A stretch of DNA of 64,000 nucleotides from Trichinella spiralis. Its lineage: Eukaryota. This document shows positions 13,501 through 26,784 of this stretch, in pieces. Location of the stretch: positions 7,677-71,676 of the forward strand of contig NW_003526946.1 of the NCBI RefSeq assembly GCF_000181795.1, given 5' to 3'. The notes under the pieces were generated by a model. The model ran no database searches and was not told the origin of the DNA. It saw only the letters and a program-made list of their open reading frames with translations. Position numbers and translations under genes: made by a program. Every line of letters begins with the position of its first letter. Positions within the stretch are counted from its first letter, which is position 1.

Positions 13501-14959
13501 TGGAATAAAATTCTTGATTATAACGAAGAATGCGTAAGCCTTCAGTAAACTATAATGATGACTGTACAACTGTAATAGAAATGTTCAAAAATTTTATGTT
13601 ATTGCGGGACAAAGTCAGACAGTTGATCAAATCCCATTATTTGAAGCATTAACTGATTATAATATACTAAAAGAGATTAGAATGAAGACGTTAATATGCC
13701 TGATAAGCCAAATGAAGGGCTGAGCCATTCAGAACCCTATTCTCGCGTCAATGTCCTCTTCAAGTAGATGAAGCATCAAAAAGAATTTAACGCTACTCTG
13801 CTGATGTTAATGAGACGTATTCGCAATATCACTGGACAGAGAATCGTTGAAACAAAAATTCATTGCTGATTATATAGAATATGGCACAAAGTAAACCTAG
13901 TGGTTTTTGAATGTAGCGCTGAAAAAATATAATTGACCGTGTTAAAAAGCGCTTATGCAATTTAAGCGAATAAAAGTAAAATAACGTTGCATGATGAACA
14001 GAATGTTTACTATTCCGCGCCTGATTGAGGATAACAGCTATAAACGCTTCAATTATGTACATAGATTAAAAAAATTAAAAATACCAGATAATCTGAAAAT
14101 TTGATTATCCGAAGGACCACAAAAGTTGTGTTTGGATAATCAGAGCTCCACTGTAATTGTGAAATAAATAAACTAGCAAAAATAGATAAATAAATAAAAA
14201 TAAATTTATAAATATAAATACATAAATATATATATGTTATATAATAATAATAATAATCACTGTCAACGGTGTGAGAAGCCTCTGAAACCTTCGATGCTTT
14301 TTTTTGATTGAACCTGATTTAGAATATCTGTGGAATAGTGGAAGCAAGATAAGAATATCTGATGGTTCAACCGTAAACAAAGCAAACGCATGATTATTAA
14401 ACTGTTAACAGCATTTAAATTACAACGATCATATAAGTATTATTAGTATTATTGTGATTTCAATTTTATGATAATATAATATCTGTGTTATTTTATAATA
14501 TAAACGGAACAAATGTGCATAAAAAGGAGAAGCTGCTTGTTTCAAAATTCTGTGTAAGTGCCCAACATAAAATGAAGTAAGAAATTCAAATTCATAGTTA
14601 TTTTGGAAAATATCAGTAACTGTTATGTAACAGAAATCAAATGAAATTCTTGTTCAGACACTGTATTCTACAAATGGCAAAAGCAGATGAAGCAAAAGTG
14701 TTCAATGTGCTTATACCAGCTCAATTGCAAATAAAAATAAGCTGAAAATCTTTGTTGTCTTCTGATTGTTTATTCATTAATTACACTGGAGTGTATTCAC
14801 AATATACAAAAAGAAGTTTTTTACAGTCCTGCGCAAAAAGATACCTTACCAATCTACATCCCCCGCTCCATTAGCTTGTTGACATTTCGAAGTCTGAGCA
14901 GCGCAAAAATGAAAAATGCATGGGATCAGTGATGTTAATAATGCTATTGCTTTTATCAT
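10589..14959 (-). CDS. Secreted DNase II-like protein, copy B
   Basis: Exons 14959-14850 (MIKAIALLTSLIPCIFHFCAAQTSKC, signal peptide), 12275-12055, 12001-11831, 11368-11165, 10967-10741, 10690-10589. Confidence 0.9.
12532..14153 (+). mobile_element. Degenerate pogo/Tigger (Jerky-like) DNA transposon in intron 1 of DNase II copy B
   Basis: TA|CAGTTGAACTTTGATTAT ... ATAATCAGAGCTCCACTG|TA. Transposase remnants RKRKVLGLEQKL, IGNAPCHP, LPVNTSLVVQPMDQTVIQNLK, YMIAQAWNSI. Confidence 0.85.
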
Positions 14960-17900
14960 TGACAATGCGGATATAGTTGTCAAAACGTTAGCAGCCATTT
15001 AACACTTTATGTTCTAATGTCACAGAGCTTTTAACTGTTTGCGTAAATAATCCCTTTGAAAATCTTAGAAATATTTACTTTCTTGATTGATAATTACATT
15101 TGTAAATAACTTCAAAAATCATTAGTGAAAGGTGGATGAGCTTGATATGCAATTTGATGTTAGTAACAAAACTCACTGATAGTAAAATTGCTTATTTTAG
15201 TAAAGTGCAGAATGTAATTCAAAGATTACTTTAATATATGCTGTAACGAGGTTTTGCTGAAAATTATAAAATACAAAAAGCTGTATATCATAATTCTTTT
15301 TGGAATTTAAGAAACAGGATTTTTCTTCTCTATATTTTTGACAACAAATGTGAAAGTTTGTAACAAAACTTTTCAAATTTTGAAATAAATTATTCATAAA
15401 ATTACTAGAAATGAATTTGCTTTCACATTATTAAGCAGCTTCATAATGTCATATTTACATTTTGTTTATACTGTATTTTTACATTTGTACTATAGAATAA
15501 TATCTTCTGCTTCAAGGCGTCTTCACAATGGTCATTTCTGTGCTATGCAAATGGCATAAGACTGATAAAAATTGAGTTTTTGTAAATAAAGGGAAGAGCA
15601 GTTCACATATTTATGGATGGAATAAAGTGCGTAAATTGCAGTCGACATTCTTTAGAGGAAATGCATAAACAAAACAAAGCGTAATATGTATGAAAAAAGG
15701 TTTTCAATAATATATTTATTTTTCCTGGTTAAGAAAAAAAGCGCACAGTTTTTGTCCTAAATCATGCTTAAAGCCTTTTAAATGAAGCTACTATTAAGAA
15801 CTCAGAAAAAGTATTTGTCCACACCATCAATTAGTGAAAGTGTAAAACCAGGTAAAAGCGAAAGCAGATGCAAATAAATGATTAAATAAAAATGTAAAAT
15901 TACATTTTGTGGTTTTTATGCATGTTTACCATTCATTTAAATATTAATTTTACGTATTTGCCTTAACAAACACACAAAGGAAAACAATTAAGCTGCAATG
16001 ATTTATAAAATTCACTTACCTAATTGCCTAGAAATCACACGTCTGCTTTCAAGCTGGTAGTAGTGTCAAACAGCATAAATGCTTTACCCTGGAGGCTATG
16101 TTCTGAATTTTCAATATTTTAGAATTGGGAAAATCATATCGCCAAATTATGGAAAAATTGAAAATAAACATTTTCGCTAAAAACCGTAATATGCTTAATG
16201 CACTGCATTAACTGAAAACACACGCACTAGATTCAAAACTCAGTTTTCCACTTATTAAGACGTGGTAAGACAATTTGTAATTTTCCCATAATCGTTTCAA
16301 ATCATTCTTTTTTTCAGAAAATAACAACGAATAAATGAATTTTTGTTACACGTATTTTCAAACGATGCATTTTAATGAATAACAATTCTATTTATTTTTC
16401 AGGAATGGCAATTATACTAAAACATTAAAATTTTGATTTTTTATTTCAGTGTAGGATTCAACACTTTTTATAAATTATGTTGATTGTAATAAACAGCAAC
16501 TATTTATGCGTGCTACTTACTAAATAACTAAAATATATAAATAAATACCTTAATCTCCTAAATTTCTCATAATCTTGGAATACAACACCTGTTATCGTTG
16601 CACTCCATAGAAAAATTGCTTTAGCATTTTGCAAACCGACTTCAAATGGAAACAAAATTTACATTTCATATGGAAGTCATAAAATGAAGAAATGAAATAA
16701 TTTTCATGAAACAAATGTAATTTACATTGCTTCCATCACACAGGAGGGCATTTCAGCAAATATATATGCTGACACAGACTGAAACTAGAACGTTGCACGT
16801 TATTTTGCAATAAAATAGAAAAGAAACTGCGTGTAGAAACAGCTTTTTTTATTTCATTTTTTATTGCTAAAGCTTTTTGACTATGAAATACCGCAAAATC
16901 AGTAGATAAATGGAAATTTCAGCTTTGATTTCATCAATAAACAAACAAATAAACAAAAACAAAATGGAAAAGAAATGTTTCTAATTACTGGAAGATTTTG
17001 AGGTAAACTACGAAAAGAAGAAGCTCAAAAAAGCTAATATGATTTAAGTTCATTCATCCTTCCCCCTATCAGTAAAAAATACCATTCTAATTGCAACAAA
17101 TTATGCTTCGAGGCAATTTGTGAAGCAAAAAGCAATTAAATGATTAATATTAATAATAATCAGTAATATTAAAATATTTTACGATATCTCACCGATACGA
17201 CCTCACATTAATAATTAAGCATCTAATTGACGTTTTCTATAACATGATAATAATTTCATCTGAAATGATAAAACATTACTGTCTCAAAAGCTACATTCAT
17301 TTCAGATTTAAGAAATTACGACTAAACTAAAAAAGTAATACGTAATACGCAGCGTCACCTCTTTGGCTGAGCTTACGTTCGTCTACTTTTAGGACTGCTT
17401 CAAAAAAAGGAATAAATATTTTCAAAGAATGAAATTGCAAATCAATGGAAATCTAATCCCTAGGTTTTGATTTTTGTCAGGCTATTTAATAAAGCGCCAT
17501 TTCTTTGCAGCACTTCAATTAACAATTCTTTCAAATAACTTCTGTCTCATAAAAGCAAATAGAAACAAATTGGTAGAAGATATTTTATTTTGTTCATTTT
17601 TGATAACTACAATAAACCAAAGAGAAGTGCCAATAAGATAAACATTTAAGTATTGCCAGATTCTAAATTCAATCAGAACATTAGCTGAAATGTCAATATG
17701 TATTGTTGAAAGTGTTATAATTATTGTGTATTGCCAGGTTCTGCCAGCATCGGCTTATCATTAAGCATAGCTTTATTTGGAAAGTACAAAGCAACAATGG
17801 ATAGTGCTCTCTCAAACTCTGAAAAACGTTCCTCAGATATTGCGATCACTATTTATGACCTCAGCACACAATTAATGCAAATTTTGAAGCTGCTTGCGTA

Positions 17901-19176
17901 TGCAAATTTCCTTTTTTGCGCGTCGACCTCTTGCAATATTCGAAATTTCTTCTTATCATTTAAGATTTCAATTTTTCATTGAAAATTAATGTATTTCATT
18001 AGAAAATTTTTTGAATATTTGACCTACCCTACCGATAGATAATGCCATTTATGAATGTATAAGAATTATTAAAAAATGACACATGTTTTAATATTTAATT
18101 TTTTGAACGTTAAAAAATGTTTATATCTTCTTAAAAAGTAAAATCTGCTATTCGATGAAATTTCGTATTTCAAAATCCTTTGTAAAATCTTTTATATTCC
18201 TGCGTTATACAATTCTTATTCATTGTTTTTTTACTGTCTCAAGTTATATTAAAATTCAAAATATATTATTGTTGTTTGTATATGAATGAGGTTATTGAGA
18301 ATAGATATTCCACATCGAACGGTGATAAAGTGAAAAAGAATTATTACACAGGAACATCTGCAGAGCAAACAACTGCTGCAGAGTGATTTATTCATAAAAG
18401 CTAAGGAAGTAAAAACATCATCAACCCACAGTGGAATAGTTTGTTACTTTGAAGAGGTTGGTAAAATGTTTACGGTAACTTGTAATGTAAAGCAGTTATC
18501 ACCATACTGCAGAAAGAAATGCACCTATATTCGCTAATAACAAGCACACAGTGAGGAACTTCAAGATATTATATTAATCGATTTTAATTTTATTAACGAT
18601 TTAATTCATAGCAGAAATAAGTACAATGTAAAGCATTTATGAAATGAAGATTTTTTCTTACATCACCTTTATTCATATTAATTAATTTTCTTCTTTAAAA
18701 AATACTTCTAATACAAAATACAAAATTTGTAGAGTATGTGACTGCTGTTAAAACAATTATTTGTGATTTCAAATTTCAAATATACAAACGCACTCAACTG
18801 CATCTGTTTCTGTGCTTGTGATATTTGCAACTGGTGCAATTAATTCGAAGAGCAAGCAAAAAACAACATTAAATAATCAAGCAGGGAAGATAAGTTTTGA
18901 CTTCATACCTTGCCAATAAATACATAATGATGCACAAAAAACTATGGCATTAAAATGAAAGAAGAATGAAAGAACAATTTTAGCAAAAATTGGATAAGAA
19001 TACAAACTTCATTCTGCAAATAATGTATCATCGAAATAACATCTAAAAAATTTGCAAATACACGATGTTATCAAATAGATAATCTAAAATTCTATTTTAA
19101 TGAAAAAATCACAATACTCTAAATGACAGTAATAGTTTATTTCCGTTTAAATAAATAAATGTCAAACAAATTGAAT

Positions 19177-21932
19177 TTAAAGACAAGAATCCACTTTGGC
19201 AGCAATAGTGTTGAAACGGGCAAAAATATTTGCTAGTTGAATACAAACTGCAACAGCTGGTTCATATTTTTGTGATATCTAAAAATCACCATTAATATAT
19301 AATTAAAATTACAAAACATCGTAACATACCGCATAAGGTTTGTCAACTGCACAGAAAATATCTCCATTTTCAGGAATTAACCAATTTGTAACATCTTTCT
19401 CTAAACTACTAGCTTTATTGTCAACACTTATAGGACTTGAAACAAGAAGTATATGTCTTCCAGGAATTTTACAATTTGCTTTCAATTTTTTATCCCGTCT
19501 TGACCATACTTTTATCGTCTTTTTCAACTGTTTCGATATTATTTTCTGGTATATTTCTGAAAATATTTCATAGAATATTAGCGCAAAATACCAAAATATA
19601 TCAGCAATAAGAAAAAGTATGTGAAATTACGAATTCAAATTTCTGGTAATTCCACAATAAACAATTTATAGGCTTTGTCCGTATTGGCGCATGTTTTAAA
19701 GGTTTAATTGTTTTACAAAATTTCAAACATCATTCTGCAAATAAAATAGTTACCATATTTTGATCTTCCAGATTTGCTGAATATTTGAACTGAAACTGGG
19801 GCTCCTGCTTGTGTTTTAATGGTTTGTTTTGATGAGAAAGGTGGATGGATAGGAGTTTCTCCATTCAGTAGCTTTTTTAGGGTTGGTCGGGTGCTTACTT
19901 CTGCATCAGGAACATCATTGTAATGGATGAATGGTGATGCCACAAACAAAGCAACCGCTGAAACATATTTATTCCGTTATGCTTAGTGTATTTTATAAAA
20001 TTAGTGGAATACAGTATATGATATTTATATTGTTCAGGAAACTGATTAATAAATTCCTTCCCTACTGAAATTTTAACGATGTTTTCTATCATTCATGGAT
20101 GGATTTGTTCTTAGTTTTGCTACTATTGGAGCAGTATACTTTGTCATTATAAAATTCGCAATGTTCCGTAATGACCTGTGAATCCATGAAAAGTGAAGCA
20201 ATTTGAAAACTAATAATAATGTTTAAAATTAGTGTTGGAGAATGAATAACTAACATGCATTCATCTTTCCTCTTCTTTGTTATCTTCTTCGAAAGAAAGA
20301 AGGATTTTTTAAAGCGAAGTAGGTACAAGAACTGAAATTAAGAAAATCAATCTTGTAAAAAATTCAGTAACTGCAATCATTTCCATTGACTTCCAAGATT
20401 CAATTGCGCCATATTAAAATTAACACTGTAATATAGGTTAACAAACCTATTGGTTCAATTTGGGATTCAGCAATTGTAAGACAGATCAACAAATGACCAT
20501 TTGCATATTCTGATGCTGGAAACGTATATGCCACTTTTGGTTTTGGATAACCAGGCACTGTATGTACAATCCAAGCAGCTTCATCTGTTCCAGGACGAAT
20601 ATCCAATATTACAACACCTAAACATGCATGACTAATGGAAACTTTTACCTTTACCATCTCTCATAAAGACCTTTGCTATTTGATTTTGTTTTAACTCCTA
20701 TCACACCGGATGCTGCATTGTTATAAGCAAAAAATTTTTTATCATTGTGAGCTTGAGCTACACTTTCTAAAGCTTTCGCAAATGAGTGAGCTGCAGCATT
20801 CTCAAGGTCTTGTGGATTATCTGCCCATGCATCTCCTGGTGGTACCAAAATTTTTCCTCTTTTTTCTCCCGGTGGTTTGTATAACACTACCCTATAATTG
20901 AAAGTTCATTCCGATACATTATTATATTATTGCTTTTAATGTTTACTTTTTATGAATTAAACGCTTGTGTACTTTACGTTATTATGAACAGTGCTAGCAA
21001 TGTCTGATAATTTAGTGCTTTTATACTATCTATTTATTGTTAAAGTTTTTCATTTGATTGTAACTTTGCAGATAAACGAAAAGAATTTCAGAAAAGTATA
21101 ATATAAAAGTAAAAGTAAGGTTAATGTATATATGCATTTATTGATTTATTTTTATTTATATCTTTAATTCATAATGCAAATTACTGTCGACGAAAGCTAG
21201 AGTTTCTAAAAAGTTCGTTGCTTTGTAAACTTGATTCAAATAAGGCGAAACTAAAATTAGAAACGTTACAAACCTTAAATTATAAATTACTTTCTTAAAT
21301 TATAAATAATAATATAAATTGCAAAACTAATGCAAGTTTAATGCCACTGCGGTAAAATTCAATTCTATGGAAATATTATTCTTATTTTTCCTTTCACTTT
21401 TAAAATTAATAATGCTGTATACATAAAACAGAATTCTAAATAAAAAAATGATTGGAATTTGTTTCAAAATTTATGGGTATAATACCACATGGATTGAAAT
21501 GACAAATTCAAAATTACAGTTACTGAGAGGAATATTAGTTGATGTTATACGGTATCAGTAAAAAGTAATTTTTTTGCAGCCATTCTGACATTAATTATTA
21601 CAAGCGATCAGAGTAAACAAAGTAAACTGCTTGATTTGCATCTAGCTGAATTACATGATAAATGCCATAAATTAAATTACGAAACGTTTATTTTTCCAGT
21701 ATTTATGATCAGTTAATTTCAATAGAATTAAGATTATTCAGAAATAACTTTTTTATTCAAAAAGTTATTTTCCAAAAATATTGCGCGCGGATGAGTAAAT
21801 GTGGCTAATAACTCACCAATCTGCATTCCCATTTCCAGCAGCCACTTGGCATTTCGATGTTTGAGCACTGCAGAATTGAAATATGTAAAGCATCAATGAT
21901 GCTATTAATGCTAATTTTTTAATCAAATGCAT
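19177..21932 (-). CDS. Secreted DNase II-like protein, copy C
   Basis: Exons 21932-21817 (MHLIKKLALIASLMLYIFQFCSAQTSKC), 20891-20671, 20617-20447, 19957-19754, 19556-19330, 19278-19177. Confidence 0.9.
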
Positions 21933-23288
21933 GGCTGATGTTACTGCCAAAATGATGGGTTATTTCACACTTAATTTTCAAATCTCACTGAGCTTCGAAT
22001 AGTTTACGCAAATTGTGGCTTGTAAAATTTCAGAAATATTTGCTTTCTCAGTTGAGAATTACACTTGTAAACAAACTCCAAAAATCAACATTTAAATGTC
22101 GATAAGCTTGATGTGTGGTTTGATTTTATTAACAGAACTGATGATTAATCTGGTTATTTTAGTAAAAGAAATGTAATTTCTGGATTAATTTAATATGTGT
22201 TGCAAAACAATAAAAATCATGGAAAGCTGAGTATAATAATTCATTTTGAAATTTTAGAAGCTGTTATTTATATGCTCTACATTCGCAGCAATTAATCTAA
22301 TCGCTTACATGGTTTGTTCTCAGCATATCAGAATGCCATTCCACTAATGATTTTCTCAGGATTAATATTTGGTAAAGAGGTAGTGCTTAAAGTTCTCCAA
22401 AGAAGAAAAAATTTCGTATTTCAAACAAAAGGTGACACAATAAAGGTGACTGAAATGTGATGAACTTTCTATAAAAGTGCTTCAACTCGATAACGCTGTA
22501 GACGAATTCAGAGTGGCCATTCGAAAATGAAAGATGATATAACTGGCAAGCGTTTCTGAACTAAAAGATGTCGACATGTCTCAAAAAGTAAAATCTATTT
22601 TTGTAAAATTTTGTCATTTTCCATAACCTTTTGTATGAAATTTGCATGTGTTTGCATTATATAATATAGCTTTAATTCATTTTTTACTTTGATATACTAT
22701 TATTCATATCTCTGCAGTACGCATTGCAAAAACATTTCATGTCTGAAAATGTAGGTCTACTATTTTCATAATTATTTGGCATGTAAAAAATCATCTATTG
22801 AAATTTATCTATTCAGTTGCAAATGATGCGGAAGCAGATTAACATCTTTACCTAAAAATATCAATTTAACCCATGGTATTCATTTGTAAAGCAGACGCTC
22901 GCGGTAGACTGAACTTATGGAGTATCAAATGTTAAAAGTAGGCTTTTTGCCTATACTGTAAATTTTCATATCAAAGGATTTACTTCATATTCATCTACTC
23001 TTATTGCAAAATTACTTGTCGATAAGATTGCCGTTCGACATAATTATTTGTAAATTTATTTGACAATTCAAATAATCATATGTACCTACCAACCTCTATT
23101 TATTCACTCAATTTATTTACAATTCTTATAAACAATTACAAATGCAAAAAATGCAAAGAAAGGTGAAGGATTAATAAGAGAAAATTAGCTTAAATGTATT
23201 TTCCAGTAAATATTACTTCATTATGGAAATTGAGAAAAGTATGAAGAAGAAATTAGATTGAAGGTTGATAGCAGTGCAAATTGTAATC

Positions 23289-24031
23289 CAGCGGGTTTCA
23301 AGCTTTATAGGCTGTGATCCACTGCTGAAAACGGAAATTTTTCACGACTCAGCGACTTGCTATGCATACTTTAAAAGGCAAAGGAGATAAATAAAACATA
23401 TGAGTTTAACACTTTTAAATTTTTTAATGAATAAATCTAATCATAATGTATAAGTTTATAAATTAAATGCATAATGAGGTGTATGCGAAAAATGGATTGT
23501 TTTCTGTTTTGACTAATGACTTCTTCGACGTCCACATTATCGCGTGTTAGTTTCAGTTGCAAGATTTTGGATAATTGTAGCTTATTTCTAAATTTGCTTT
23601 TAATTTCATTCATTGCTGAAAATCCAATTTTGCACAAGTAGGAAGTAGTAAAAGGAAACAGCACTTTTAATGCTGCGGTGGAAAGAGGTGGATATGTGCT
23701 TTAAACTGATAGCCAAAACTGTGTTAATGTCTTACGATCAAAACTGACTTTAAACAAAGAATCTTCATACAAATCGATTAATTATTTATCTGCTTTTGTG
23801 GACATCCCGGTACAAACAACATCTGCGTGTTGTAAGAAGCTGAACTGAAATAGTGATTCTCAGGTCATCAGTAACTGAATCAAAGTTTAATTGTTCATCC
23901 AACAATTTTCGATGAGTAAAACTCTCCTAACAAAAATAAAGACTACTCCCGTACTTCAATGTTTTACAGGACCCACACAGAACTGCTGATGACCCACGAG
24001 TGGGTCGCGAGCCACACTTTGAGAATCACTA
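23289..24031 (-). mobile_element. Internally deleted hAT (Buster/Charlie-type) transposon
   Basis: TIRs CAGCGGGTTTCAAG / TTTGAGAATCACTA and 8-bp TSD TTGTAATC / TTGCAATC. C-terminal dimerisation remnant LFPFTTSYLCKIGFSAMNEIKSKFRNKL. Confidence 0.85.
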
Positions 24032-24205
24032 TTGCAATCAGCAAATTATTTATAATTATCATAAAAAATTTACAAAATGTGCGAATATCCATTGTTTTGA
24101 AACGTGGAATCTGAAAACTCATTTTAATGACAAAAAACATGATGCTCTGACTGACAGCAATAATTTATTACCGATCAAGTAAAATCAACTTTGAATGAAT
24201 TGAAT

Positions 24206-26784
24206 TTACGGACAGGAATCCACCTTGGCAGCAATAGTGTTGAAACGTGCAAAAATATTCGCTAATTGCATGCAAACTGCAACAGCTGGTTCATATTTTT
24301 GTGAAATCTAAAATCACCATAAATATATTAAGGAAATTATAAACCATAGTAACATACCGCATAAGGCTTGTCAACTGCACAGAAAATATCTCCATTCTCA
24401 GGAATCAACCAATTTGTAACATCCTTCTCTAAACTACTAGCTTGTCCATCAACACTTATAGGACTTGAAACAAGAAGTATATGTCTTCCAGGTATTTTGC
24501 AATTTGCTTTCAATTTTTTATCTCGTCTTGACCAAACTTTTATTGTCTTTTTCAACTGTTTCGATATTATTTTCTGGTATATTTCTGAAAATATTTCATA
24601 GAATATTAGCGCAAAATACCAAAATATATCAGCAATAAGAAAAAGTATGTGAAATTACGAATTCAAATTTCTGGTAATTCCACAATAAACAATTCATAGG
24701 CTTTGTCCGTATTGGCGCATGTTTTAAAGGTTTAATTGTTTTACAAAATTTCAAACATCATTCTGCAAATAAAATAGTTACCATATTTTGATCTTCCAGA
24801 TTTGCTGAATATTTGAACTGAAACTGGGGCTCCTGCTTGTGTTTTAATGATTTGTTTTGATGAGAAAGGTGGATGGATAGGAGTTTCTCCATTCAGTAGC
24901 TTTTTTAGGGTTGGTCGGGTGCTTACTTCTGCATCAGGAACATCATTGTAATAGATGAATGGTGATGCCACAAACAAAGCAACCGCTGAAATATATCTAT
25001 TCCGTTATGCTTAGTGTATTTTATAAAATTAATAAAATAAAGTTTGATTTTCATATTTTCAAGAAAGATAATAATAAATTTCTTCCCTACTGAAATTTTA
25101 ACGAAGTTTTTTTTCTATCATTCATAGATGGATTTGTTCTTATCTTTGCTATTATTACAGTGTACATTATTATAATGTGTACATTATTATAATAAAAAAA
25201 GCATTGATTTCTTGTGAATTGTGAATTCAATGAAAGCGAAGTAATGTATAAAATAATAATTATTATAAATAATGTTTTGGAATGCATAACTAACATTAAT
25301 CGCTCTTTCTTCTTCTTTGTTATCTTCATTGAAAGAGAGAAAGAATTTTTAAAAATAAAGATATCATTATTAACGAAATATGAACAATGAAATTAAGAAA
25401 AGCAGTCTTGTAAAAAATTCAGTAGCTGCAATCATTTCCATTGCCTTTCAAGATTCAATTGCATCATATTAAAATTAACACTTTATTATAAGAAAACAAA
25501 CCTATTGGTTCAATTTGGGATTCAGCAATTGTAAGACAAATCAACATATGACCATTTGCATATTCTGATGCTGGAAATGTGTATGCCACTTTTGGTTTTG
25601 GATAACCAGGTACTGTATGTACAATCCAGGCTGCGGCATCTGCTGGAACTGTAGTGTCTAATATTACAACACCTAAACATGCATCATTAATGGCAACGCT
25701 TTTTTTACAAAATTCTGCAAAAACCTTTGCTATTCGATTTTGTTTTAACTCCTACTACTCCAGCTGCAGCATTGTTATATGCAAAGAAATGTTTATTTGG
25801 ATGAGTTGCAGTGACACTTTCTAATGCTTTTACAAATGAATGACCAACAGCATTGTCAAGATCTTGTGGATATGCAGCCCATGCCGCTGCCGCTGCTACT
25901 AGAATTTTTCCTCGTTTTTCTCCAGGTGGTTTGTATAAAATCACCCTATAATTTCAATGTCACTCGCATACATATTTCAACGCGATATTTGCTTTTGATG
26001 AAATAAAATTTAAGTCGCCTTATATTATTGTTTATTCTGCTTATAAATTGCTGATAATTTAATGTTCATGTTAACTGTAGGTAATAGTAGGTAAATTCAA
26101 AAATACAGCATATTATAAATGTAATTTGTGTGAAATTTTATTCATGATTTATATAATCATTCTGCTTTTATGATCAAAATGTTCACCTCAGCACTGATGC
26201 ATATCGTTCAAATAAGAAATGAAATCAAATTCATTAAATATTTATGAATGAGATTTGGTCACTAACCCAATATAGACGCTGCACTTTTTGTGAATTGTGA
26301 TTTTATCATCATTTGGATAGCGCAATGAATATGAAACATGAATGAAGTAAAATCAAAAGTGTTGATAAAAAGTTTTTGTACTGTTACTCGGTGATAAATG
26401 ATATAAATTAAATTTTTGCCTTCCCAGTAAAATGTCAAAAATGCATTTAACAAGAGTTTTCAAAAAATGTTTAAATTCACATGTAACATGAAATTGGTTT
26501 TGGTGTAAATGCTATAATGTAGCCATAGCATAAAACCGTTTGGTGTGCATGAATGCTTAGAAAGCACTGAAAAATAAAAAAAAGGGAATCTGCTGTCTTC
26601 ACTATTAGTAATTTTTTTAATGAATTCATTCTGATTGTGCAGTGCTAATATAAGATAAAAATTTGCAAATCGCATACCAATCTATATCATTTGCTCCATC
26701 AGCTTGTCGACATTTTGATATTTGAGCAATGCAAAAATGAAAAATGCAAAAAATCAGCAATGCCAATAATGTAACTTCTTTCAT
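24206..26784 (-). CDS. Secreted DNase II-like protein, copy D
   Basis: Exons 26784-26678 (MKEVTLLALLIFCIFHFCIAQISKC), 25945-25725, 25672-25502, 24985-24782, 24584-24358, 24307-24206. Confidence 0.9.

Noticed and set aside
5379..24601. Repeated antisense ORFs (MSTAQKISPFSGINQF...)
   Set aside because: Shadow frames opposite the conserved DNase II exon 5; they recur only because the exon does.
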